Part shown: positions 38,888 through 46,518 of the stretch, piece by piece
Numbering within the stretch: the stretch's first letter is position 1
How the letters are laid out: the number at the start of each line of letters is the position of its first letter
Assembly (NCBI GenBank): GCA_937935255.1
Contig: CALGXT010000136.1
Coordinates: 1-55,630, forward strand
Length of the DNA: 55,630 nt
Reading direction: 5' to 3'
DNA from: an uncultured bacterium
GTDB taxonomy: Bacteria; Verrucomicrobiota; Kiritimatiellia; PWTM01
Translations under genes and position numbers: made by a program
The notes under the pieces: generated by a model
Databases searched by the model: none
Seen by the model: only the letters and a program-made list of their open reading frames with translations
What the model was told of the DNA's origin: nothing

Positions 38888-38927
38888 AACCCCGGCGCCG
38901 CGTGTGCGGCGCCGGGGTTTTCTTTTG
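38888..38927 (+). terminator. Intrinsic terminator after the PEP-CTERM gene
   Basis: Perfect 14-bp stem AACCCCGGCGCCGC-GTGT-GCGGCGCCGGGGTT followed by TTCTTTTG. Confidence 0.85.
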
Positions 38928-39286
38928 CGGATCGAGGACTTCAGCCGCGGGAACTCATCTCCGACGGCTGCCGCATAGCTGCGACCGGAGGCCGCGGCTT
39001 CAGCGACTGCTGGGAACGGGGGTCGGAAAATGGACGTCAGACGGTAAACGCCCCGTCCCCTTGAATTACGAATGTTCTCGATATTGTCTTTGCGCCTGCT
39101 CGTTTCCCGCGGCGCGAGCAAGCTCGCGCCCCGCGTCCGATGAATGCGGGGCGTCAGCTTGTCGAAGAAATAGCCGCGGCTCGAAGGTCGAAGGCGGGCT
39201 GAGGCCGCGACGCCTTCAGCGAGCATGTCAGGGCAAATGATGAGACGACGGGTATCAGGGGTCGGACACACGCCTCGCTCAGGCTC

Positions 39287-40123
39287 TTACGAGGCGTCGC
39301 CGGCCTTACCGCGCGCCGCCCGACTCCGGCTGTCCGACCGCAGGCAATAGCCGACGCCGGCGACGGTTTCGATCGCGGGCGCCTCCGGCCCCAATTTGCG
39401 CCGCAGACTTACGATTTGCACGTCCACCGAGCGTTCCGAGACGCCGGAATGGTCGCCATGCGTCGCCGTCAAAATCTGTTCGCGGGTCAGCACGCGATCG
39501 GCGTTTTCCGCCAGGGCCTTCAGGGTCTTGAACTCCGTGAGCCGAAGGTTCTCGATCCGACGGTTTCCGACGAACACCAGAAAACGGACAGGGCTGATCC
39601 GGAGAGCCCCCACGCAGATATCCGCCGAGACCGGCAGCAATCCGCGCCGGCGCAACGCCGCCACGATGCGCTCTGTCATCTCCCGCGGCGAAAGATTCGC
39701 CGGAACATAGGCGACGCGACCGGCCGCGTTTTCGGCGAATGCCTCCGGCGTTTCGTTCGCATCGTATACGAAAAAGAGCGGGGTCAGCGATGTGCGGGGA
39801 TCGCCCTGCAATTGCCGGCAAAGCCGCGCCGCTCGGCGGCCGGACGACGTCGCGTCCAACACGACGACCTCCGGACGCAGCCGCAACACCGCGGCCATGC
39901 CGGCGTCGAGCGGCGCGGTCTCTGCCTTCAGCCCGCCGGCCGTCAAGGCCCTTCGCCACGGCTCTTCAACCTCGTCGCGCGACACCAAGGCCAGCGCCCG
40001 CAGCGAACGTGATTCGACGCCGGCGCGGTTTGAGGCAACGGGGATGGAGGCCGAAGCCGCCGTTTTCTCTCCGTTTCGCCCGTGGGCCGTTCTAGAAACG
40101 GATACGGGCGCCGACTTCCGCAT
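39287..40123 (-). CDS. OmpR/PhoB-type winged-helix regulator with a degenerate receiver domain (start uncertain)
   Basis: C-terminal LRISPVRFLVFVGNRRIENLRLTEFKTLKALAENADRVLTREQIL...SVDVQIVSLRRKLG...VAGVGYCL. Receiver-like N-terminus ALVSRDE...VVVLDATSSG. The ATG at 40123 overlaps the upstream gene by about 30 nt, and no in-frame ATG lies between that gene's stop and the first receiver strand. Confidence 0.7.
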   Translation of the reverse strand: MRKSAPVSVSRTAHGRNGEKTAASASIPVASNRAGVESRSLRALALVSRDEVEEPWRRALTAGGLKAETAPLDAGMAAVLRLRPEVVVLDATSSGRRAARLCRQLQGDPRTSLTPLFFVYDANETPEAFAENAAGRVAYVPANLSPREMTERIVAALRRRGLLPVSADICVGALRISPVRFLVFVGNRRIENLRLTEFKTLKALAENADRVLTREQILTATHGDHSGVSERSVDVQIVSLRRKLGPEAPAIETVAGVGYCLRSDSRSRAARGKAGDAS

Positions 40124-41000
40124 AGAAGCCGCCGAGATTCTCGATGAAGAGCGCATCGTCATTGTCGGGAACCACCACCACCCCGGAATCGGTGGCCTGG
40201 AAGGAGTACAGCCACTCGCGGCGATATCCGATATTTGCCTGGAAATACTTGAGGAAATCCGCGCCCAATCCCGCATCCAGGGACAGGCCATACGCGAGGC
40301 CCTGGTCGGGGCGGTAAGTTTCGCGAATGCGGCCATCCCGCTTTTTATCGTTGCCGGAGCGGGCCAGGCCGTCCACTTCGCCGAAATGAAAATTCAGTCC
40401 GCCGAACAGACGGACGGGACCGGCGAGCGGGCGATAGAGGCCCCAGTAGCCGCCTTGCAGCAACTTCCAGGTCGAGTCGCCTTCCGTTTCCAATACCGCC
40501 GCGCCTTCTCGAATCCGCATTTTTTTCTCCGAATAAATGTGGCGGAAACCGACCTGCCAGCCCCACGCGCCCAGTTCCCCCGGAGTGGTTTTCCCCTCTT
40601 TGGTGTGCCGATAGGTCAGCTCCCACTCCTGGCGCTGCGTGTGGAGATCGTGCCGATTGGCGCCCTGTTCCGCGCGAAAATCGTGCGTGAGCCGCTCATG
40701 GCGCAGGATGAGCTCCCGCGGCGCCTGCGTCACCGCCAGCGTGAAGCCCCAGCCGTCGCCGGAGCTCTCGCCGTTCTGCCAGTGCTGACGGGTTTTGTCG
40801 TCATAATCGGCGCGGTGCTGCAGGGCGTCGTGAGAATGCGAGATGCTGACGCCGCGCAGGGTCAACGACACCCCCCAAGGTTCTTTTTCCTTGGGCGCGA
40901 GCTCGGCGTCATACGCCATATCCTCGGCATACTGACCTGCGCACCAGCCGGCCGCGCCAAGCGCGATCGCCGCCGCTGTCGTGAGGGCTTTGGTCTTCAT
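40092..41000 (-). CDS. Outer-membrane beta-barrel protein (unknown family)
   Basis: Signal peptide MKTKALTTAAAIALGAAGWCAG. Alternating-polarity strands rich in G/Y/R. C-terminal ...FYAEVGARIRF ends in Phe, as in OM beta-barrels. Confidence 0.7.
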   Translation of the reverse strand: MKTKALTTAAAIALGAAGWCAGQYAEDMAYDAELAPKEKEPWGVSLTLRGVSISHSHDALQHRADYDDKTRQHWQNGESSGDGWGFTLAVTQAPRELILRHERLTHDFRAEQGANRHDLHTQRQEWELTYRHTKEGKTTPGELGAWGWQVGFRHIYSEKKMRIREGAAVLETEGDSTWKLLQGGYWGLYRPLAGPVRLFGGLNFHFGEVDGLARSGNDKKRDGRIRETYRPDQGLAYGLSLDAGLGADFLKYFQANIGYRREWLYSFQATDSGVVVVPDNDDALFIENLGGFYAEVGARIRF

Positions 41001-41068
41001 CTTCCGTTTCCTTTCTGGCCCCAATGGGCCGCACTGTTGGATGGTGTGCTTTTCCCTCGCCCGCCCGC

Positions 41069-42496
41069 TCAGGAGCGCGGACGCGCGAGGCGTTCCACTT
41101 GTTCGAGATAGCGGGCGACATCGTCCCGCGGCTTAAGTTCGATCGAACGTTTGAGCAGCGGCACGGCGTCGGCGTATCTTCGCTGCCGGACCAACTGCTG
41201 GGCGTGCCGCAAGGTCGCCTCGGCGGCGAAGGCGTCGAGACCGGCCGCCCGTTCGAAAAGGAGGATGGCGCGCTCGACATCGCCGGCGGCGGCGTAGCGT
41301 TGTCCCAAAAGGATCAGCGCCTCGCCGTCGAGCGGATTGAGCCGGACGATCTCTTCCAGGAGTTCGATTTGCCGTTCGTCGGACTCGCCCCGCGCGGCGG
41401 CCAGTCGCGCTTCCAGTTTCAGCCAGCGTTGTTGCGCCGCCTCATCGAGCGCGGCGGGGGCGGCGCGGCGCACGTGTTCGGCGAGCGCGGCGGCGGCGTC
41501 GGCGCCGCCGCGCGCGACCATCGCTTCGGCCGCGCGCAACAACCGCGGCGCCGCCGTCTCCCCGCCGCGCGCGAAGGCGCGCAGATACGCGTCGGCGGCC
41601 AGATCGAAGAGCCGCTCATTGACGTAGATATCGCCCAGGGTATTGAGATGGTCCGCCGTGGCCTGGCCCTCCAGATCCAGCAGTTCATAGACTTCCGCCG
41701 CCCGGATCGGCTGCCGCTGCCCCAGGTGCGCATTGGCGAGCAACACCCAGTATTCGGGTCGGCTCCCGTCGCGACGGATCAACTCCTCGCACAGCGCCGC
41801 CGCTTCGTCGAATTTCCGGAGCCGGAACAGACAGCGCGCCAGGCCGAGCTGCCAATCGCTGACCGCCGGTTGGAGCAAGACGGCCATGCGATAGGCGCTT
41901 TCGGCCGCGGCGAATTGCTCGATCTGAGCGTTGGCGTGACCCAGCAGACCATAGGTCATGCCGTCGCCGCCGCCGAGGGCCAGCACGCGGGTCAACGGTT
42001 CGATCGCCTCGGCAAAATCTCCGCGCCGCATCAAGGCCAGTCCGAGGTTTTTATGGGCCCGCAGAAACGCGGGAAATTTGACGATCGCGCGCCGGTAGCC
42101 GACGATGGCGCGGTCCACGGCGCCGGCCTGCAGGTGCAGGTTGGCGAGCGTGAAATCCAGCGCCGCGCTGCGCCGGGGGCCGACCAACGATTCCAGCAAT
42201 CGCCGCGCCGGTTCCCGTCCGTCGGGCCGCCCCATCAGCGCCAAAACTTTTTCCAGCGCCTCTTTTTCTTCGGGGGCGATTTTCGGCTCGATGTCGGTGC
42301 GAAAGCCGTAGCTCGCGAGGAATTCGCGTTGAAACACCGGATGCTTCCACAAGCGCGTCATGGCGTCTTCCGCCGCCGGCGGGGGGGCGTCCGCCGCGCC
42401 GCTTTCGGCCGGCGCGCTCGCGATCGCCACGCCGACCAGCGGCCAGAATCCCAGGAAGAACCTTCGGCGCGCACCCGCAGAGATGAACCGTTTCAT
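41069..42496 (-). CDS. TPR-repeat protein (TtpD-like position in a TonB2-type cluster)
   Basis: ORF trimmed to the ATG at 42496 (MKRFISAGARRRFFLGFWPLVGVAIASA). Multiple TPR-like units (e.g. NLGLALMRRGDFAEAIEPLTRVLAL). Confidence 0.8.
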   Translation of the reverse strand: MKRFISAGARRRFFLGFWPLVGVAIASAPAESGAADAPPPAAEDAMTRLWKHPVFQREFLASYGFRTDIEPKIAPEEKEALEKVLALMGRPDGREPARRLLESLVGPRRSAALDFTLANLHLQAGAVDRAIVGYRRAIVKFPAFLRAHKNLGLALMRRGDFAEAIEPLTRVLALGGGDGMTYGLLGHANAQIEQFAAAESAYRMAVLLQPAVSDWQLGLARCLFRLRKFDEAAALCEELIRRDGSRPEYWVLLANAHLGQRQPIRAAEVYELLDLEGQATADHLNTLGDIYVNERLFDLAADAYLRAFARGGETAAPRLLRAAEAMVARGGADAAAALAEHVRRAAPAALDEAAQQRWLKLEARLAAARGESDERQIELLEEIVRLNPLDGEALILLGQRYAAAGDVERAILLFERAAGLDAFAAEATLRHAQQLVRQRRYADAVPLLKRSIELKPRDDVARYLEQVERLARPRS

Positions 42497-42509
42497 GGCA
42501 AGACCCTCA

Positions 42510-43178
42510 TTAATTCGCGAACGTGATCGGAATGCGGAGTTTGAAGGGCACCGGACGCCCCTGGCGCTTGCCCGGCTCGAAGCGCCATTTCCGCACCGCC
42601 GCCAGCGCCGCCGCGCCCAACTGGGGATGCGGCGTCCGCTCGATCGCGGGTTGAACGACGCGTCCGGTGCGGTCCACAATGAAAACGACATACACGGTGC
42701 CGCCGATCCGCTTGCGGCGCAGGTCGGCCGGATATTCGGGCGGCGGTTGCGAGGTCGCGCGCGGCATCTGGTCCAAATCCGCCGCCGAAAAAATGGCGTC
42801 GGTCTCCTCGGTCGCCGAGGAATTCCCATCCATGCCGGGTATTCGAACGACGAAATCGCCGGCGCCGCCGAACGTCGGATTGAGCGCCAGTTCCAATTGC
42901 GCAAGGTCGAGCGGCGCCGCGGGTTCGATCAGGGGAGGCGGCGGCTCCTCCGATTCCTCTTCCTTTTCGGGCGTCGGCGGGGGCGGCGGGGGCGGGGGCA
43001 AGTCCGCCGCGCCGACCGATCGAAACTCCAGATCGCCTTTCTGCGGGCGCGTCGCCTGTTCGAGCAGCGGCAGCAGCAAAAAGACCAGCCAGGCGGCGAG
43101 CGCCGCCAGCGCAAAGGTCATTCCGCCGAGCGCCGCCCGCCCGACCAGCCGACCGGCTCTGGAAAACGCGCGCCCCAT
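42510..43178 (-). CDS. tonB: Energy transducer TonB
   Basis: N-terminal TM helix, Pro/Glu-rich linker DLPPPPPPPPTPEKEEESEEPPPP, C-terminal YPADLRRKRIGGTVYVVFIVDRTGRV...AALAAVRKWRFEPG. The ATG at 43178 has GGAG 7 nt upstream. A GTG at 43184 is also possible. Confidence 0.88.
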   Translation of the reverse strand: MGRAFSRAGRLVGRAALGGMTFALAALAAWLVFLLLPLLEQATRPQKGDLEFRSVGAADLPPPPPPPPTPEKEEESEEPPPPLIEPAAPLDLAQLELALNPTFGGAGDFVVRIPGMDGNSSATEETDAIFSAADLDQMPRATSQPPPEYPADLRRKRIGGTVYVVFIVDRTGRVVQPAIERTPHPQLGAAALAAVRKWRFEPGKRQGRPVPFKLRIPITFAN

Positions 43179-43180
43179 GA

Positions 43181-43594
43181 TCACTCCGCCGTTTTCGCCC
43201 GGGTGGCCAGGTTCACGCGCGTCGCGCCGGCCAGCTTGGTTTCATCAATGACCCGCACCAACAGGCCCGCCGGCACCGATTGATCGGTCTGCAAAATGAC
43301 CGGCAGATCCTCGCGCTCGATCAACCGCTTGACGAGCGGCCGCACCCCGGCGACGCCGATATCGCGCCCGCCATAGACCACCTCGCCGCCCGCGGTGATC
43401 GCCAAAAGGATGCTGTTTTTTTCCAATTTGGCCGACGAGGCGGCCTGGGGCTTGTCCACTTCGACTCCCGTTTCCTCGACGAAGGTGGTGGTGACGATGA
43501 AGAACAGCAGCAGAATGAAGATGCAGTCGATCAGCGGCGAGATATCAATCCCCGCCGAGGCCTCGTCGCTATCGCTTCCGCGAAATCGGCTCAT
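43181..43594 (-). CDS. exbD: Biopolymer transport protein ExbD/TolR
   Basis: GIDISPLIDCIFILLLFFIVTTTF N-terminal helix. 137 aa. Confidence 0.88.
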   Translation of the reverse strand: MSRFRGSDSDEASAGIDISPLIDCIFILLLFFIVTTTFVEETGVEVDKPQAASSAKLEKNSILLAITAGGEVVYGGRDIGVAGVRPLVKRLIEREDLPVILQTDQSVPAGLLVRVIDETKLAGATRVNLATRAKTAE

Positions 43595-43604
43595 GGCTCC
43601 TCCG

Positions 43605-44252
43605 TCAGGCCGCGCGCGCCGTCGGTTCGGCGGCGCGTTGCAACGCTTGGGCGCACTGCGTTTCGAGGTGCGCCATCATCTTGTTGAATTTCTCATGCAA
43701 TCGGGAAAGGCTGTACTGGAACACCAGCCCGCTGAGCGCCAGCACCAATCCGGTTTCGGTCGTGATGAGGGCCTCGGAAATGCCCCGCGCGATCATTTCC
43801 ATCGTCTTCTCGCCGCCGCCGGACGCCAGCGCGCGGAAGGTGGTCAACATGCCGGTCACCGTGCCCAACAACCCCAGCAGCGGCGCGGCGCTGACGGCCA
43901 CCTGCATCACCTTGAGATCCCGGGCGAACGGGCGGAACTCCGCGGCATGCAGCGACGCGAAATAATGCTGCATGGCCTGCACGCCGGGGCAATCCATCGC
44001 GACGCGCAAAATCCGGCTCAACGGGCCGCGGGCGCGCCGCGGGTCGCGGCGAAACTTGGCCCAGGCCCGCTCGGGCCGCGCGAACGCTCCGGCGCGCGCG
44101 AGGTTGAAGGTGAGCCGCCACCCCACGCCGAAGATCACGATGGCGTTGACGCCCAGCGCGATCATGCCCCACCCGCCGGCGCGCCAGATCGGCAGCGCCT
44201 CGGCGTGAAAGCGCATAAATGCGTCGCGCGCCTGGATCCAGAAGAGACTCAT
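43605..44252 (-). CDS. exbB: MotA/TolQ/ExbB proton-channel protein
   Basis: 215 aa. AAPLLGLLGTVTGMLTTF and EALITTETGLVLALSGLVF motifs. Confidence 0.88.
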   Translation of the reverse strand: MSLFWIQARDAFMRFHAEALPIWRAGGWGMIALGVNAIVIFGVGWRLTFNLARAGAFARPERAWAKFRRDPRRARGPLSRILRVAMDCPGVQAMQHYFASLHAAEFRPFARDLKVMQVAVSAAPLLGLLGTVTGMLTTFRALASGGGEKTMEMIARGISEALITTETGLVLALSGLVFQYSLSRLHEKFNKMMAHLETQCAQALQRAAEPTARAA

Positions 44253-45709
44253 GGCGTCGCCGCCTCCGGCGCCGCCGTAACGACGGGCGGCGGGACGGCC
44301 GCTTCAGCGCCCGCCGTCGGAGCGCCCGCCAACGCGCCGAGAAAGGCCACGGCGAGCTGCTCCATCCGATCGAGCAACGCCCGGGCTTTTCGGGAAAGAA
44401 AGGCGTGCGCCAGGAGCGAGGGAATGGCGATAATCAGGCCGAATTCCGTCGTGATCAGCGCCTCCGAGATGCCCGCGGAGAGCATTTTCACATCGCCCGA
44501 GCCGAACACGGTGATCAGTTTGAACGTCGAGATGATGCCGGTGACCGTGCCCAACAACCCCAGCAGCGGCGCGCAGGCGGCGCCGACGGCGATGAACGGC
44601 AATCCTCGATTGAATCGGAAACGGGTTTCCAGCATGCGCTCGTACATCGCCTCTTCGATCAGATCCTTGGAACCGCCGAGATGGTCCGCGCCGACGGCGA
44701 GCATGCGTCCGGCGGGTCCGGGCAGCGCCGCAGCGACGGACCGCGCGGCGGCGGCGTCCCCGCGGCGAATCGCGTCGAACAGCGGAATCGTTCGCGCGGA
44801 GGACGGCATGCGAACGAAGGTCAGCGCCAAAAATTTTGCAAAGGCCAACAAAAACACCAGGGCGGCGAGCGTCAAAATCGGGACCATGACCGGGCCGCCT
44901 TTGCGGATATGTTGGCCGAGCGTTTCCCGGGTTTGCTCGATTTTACGCGCGCTCCCCAAGGTGGCGTCGAAGGGAATCACGCCCTCGCCCGCGGCGACAA
45001 ACTCGCGCACCCGGGCGGTATGCTCCGGGTCGGCGAAGGCGCTCACCGTGGGTTCGAGGGAGCCGAGCCGTTGCTCGGCGACGCCCGCCAGCGGTGCGGC
45101 GTCGGCGGCGAAAAAGGCGATCGGCCCGATCATGGCGAAACGCCCGGGGACGACCAATCCGTCTTCGCTGGCGGCCCGGCCCTCGAATTGCATGCCGCCG
45201 AAAGCGTCGTTCAACCGGCGAAGCCCGGCTTCCACCAGGCTCAATTGCCGGACGAACCGCCGGGCGGGCGGCAGATCGTATTGCTCGTGGGCGGACTTGG
45301 CGGCGGTGACGATGTTCTCAAACCTGCGCAGTTCGGCGATATGCAAACGCGTTTCGAAGTTCCGGGCATATTCGGCGAACAGATTGGAGAGATACGACTG
45401 TTCCTGCTCCAGGCGGCGAAGCTCTTGTTTCAGGTTGTTGATCTCCAGCGCGCGGTTATCCAGTTTTCGGCGGATTCCGTCATATTCCTGCCGAACCGCC
45501 ACGTGCTCCGTTTCCAGCCGGCTCGCCTCGCGGGCGAGCGGCAGTTTTTCCTCGACGATGGCGGCGCGCAACGCCGCCAGCTCCTCCGTCGCGGCCTCCA
45601 ACCGGCGGCGCGACTCCGCGACGACGGTCGGCGGTTCTGCGGCCGGCGGCGTCTGCGCGCAAACGCCGGCGGCCGCCACAATCATGCAGACCCCGATGAT
45701 GTTTTTCAT
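44249..45709 (-). CDS. Large MotA/TolQ/ExbB-family protein with N-terminal secreted coiled-coil domain (TtpC-like)
   Basis: Signal peptide MKNIIGVCMIVAAAGVCA, coiled-coil region, then CAPLLGLLGTVTGIISTF and EALITTEFGLIIAIPSLLAHAFL in the C-terminal third. 486 aa. Confidence 0.85.
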   Translation of the reverse strand: MKNIIGVCMIVAAAGVCAQTPPAAEPPTVVAESRRRLEAATEELAALRAAIVEEKLPLAREASRLETEHVAVRQEYDGIRRKLDNRALEINNLKQELRRLEQEQSYLSNLFAEYARNFETRLHIAELRRFENIVTAAKSAHEQYDLPPARRFVRQLSLVEAGLRRLNDAFGGMQFEGRAASEDGLVVPGRFAMIGPIAFFAADAAPLAGVAEQRLGSLEPTVSAFADPEHTARVREFVAAGEGVIPFDATLGSARKIEQTRETLGQHIRKGGPVMVPILTLAALVFLLAFAKFLALTFVRMPSSARTIPLFDAIRRGDAAAARSVAAALPGPAGRMLAVGADHLGGSKDLIEEAMYERMLETRFRFNRGLPFIAVGAACAPLLGLLGTVTGIISTFKLITVFGSGDVKMLSAGISEALITTEFGLIIAIPSLLAHAFLSRKARALLDRMEQLAVAFLGALAGAPTAGAEAAVPPPVVTAAPEAATP

Positions 45710-45727
45710 TCGAATCCCTTTCCCCCG

Positions 45728-46504
45728 TTATCGCAGACTCGCCGGCAGCGCGATGTAGGCCGCGGGGCGTTCGTTTCGATAGATGGCGACGGCGGCGGCG
45801 ACCGCCTCGGCGATGTCGTCGCGCGGCTCCCATCGCCAGCCCTCCGGCCCCGGGCGACCGATGCCCGCAATGCCGCGTTTCAGGTTGCAGTAATAGGCTT
45901 GCCCCAGTCCGACATAAAGGACGGTGACCTCTGCGCTCGTGCCGTCGGCCAGTTCGCGCACCTCGCTGGCGACGGTGATTTCGCGCGCGAACTTGTCCAT
46001 TTCGTTCAGGATGCCGATGACGTTCTGCGCGCGCTCGCCCAGGGACATTCGGCTTTGGGCTGGATTTTCCGGCAGCCGGCGGCTCAACAGTTTCACGCGC
46101 TCGCGCAACGGTTCCGGCGCGCGCGCCAGCGTCGAGCGCAGCTCGGATTCCAAGCGCGACACCGTCTCGAGGACGCCCGCCACGGCCTGCAGGAAATCCT
46201 GGCGGCGCCCCTCCAAATCGGCGATTTCGCGCTCCGCGTCCGCGATTTCGCGCTCCGCCTGGGCATTCTTCTCCCGCCAGGCGGCGATATCTCGTTTCAA
46301 CGTTTCCGCGCGCTCCGCCAGCAATTCGCGGCCGAGCCGCCATTCCTGCCGCTCGGCGGAAATCAGCCGGCGCGTTTCAAGCCATTTTTCCATGGTCAGC
46401 CGCCGTTCCGCGAACGAATCCTCGGCGGTCGCTCCGCCGCGCGGCGCGCACAACGCGACCAGGGCCGCGAGCGCTATGCCGGTATTTCGGTGATGTCTCG
46501 TCAT
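45728..46504 (-). CDS. DUF3450-type periplasmic coiled-coil protein (TtpB-like)
   Basis: Signal peptide, coiled coil WLETRRLISAERQEWRLGRELL..., C-terminal AEVTVLYVGLGQAYYCN. Occupies the position preceding the large ExbB-like gene, as in TonB2 clusters. Confidence 0.8.
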   Translation of the reverse strand: MTRHHRNTGIALAALVALCAPRGGATAEDSFAERRLTMEKWLETRRLISAERQEWRLGRELLAERAETLKRDIAAWREKNAQAEREIADAEREIADLEGRRQDFLQAVAGVLETVSRLESELRSTLARAPEPLRERVKLLSRRLPENPAQSRMSLGERAQNVIGILNEMDKFAREITVASEVRELADGTSAEVTVLYVGLGQAYYCNLKRGIAGIGRPGPEGWRWEPRDDIAEAVAAAVAIYRNERPAAYIALPASLR

Positions 46505-46518
46505 GGTTCGATCCCCTT

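Noticed and set aside
38928-39286. ORFs 38861..39271 (minus) and 38902..39240 (plus) in the gap after the low-GC islet.
   Set aside because: They have no SD and no motifs, and each overlaps the other on the opposite strand. The region contains only generic GC hairpins. It may be non-coding or hold an RNA, but nothing can be supported.
40124-40336. N-terminal extension of the response-regulator ORF (start at 40336).
   Set aside because: It would overlap the C-terminal ~80 codons of the OM beta-barrel gene, and its translation is low-complexity. It was trimmed to the ATG at 40123, which is itself uncertain.
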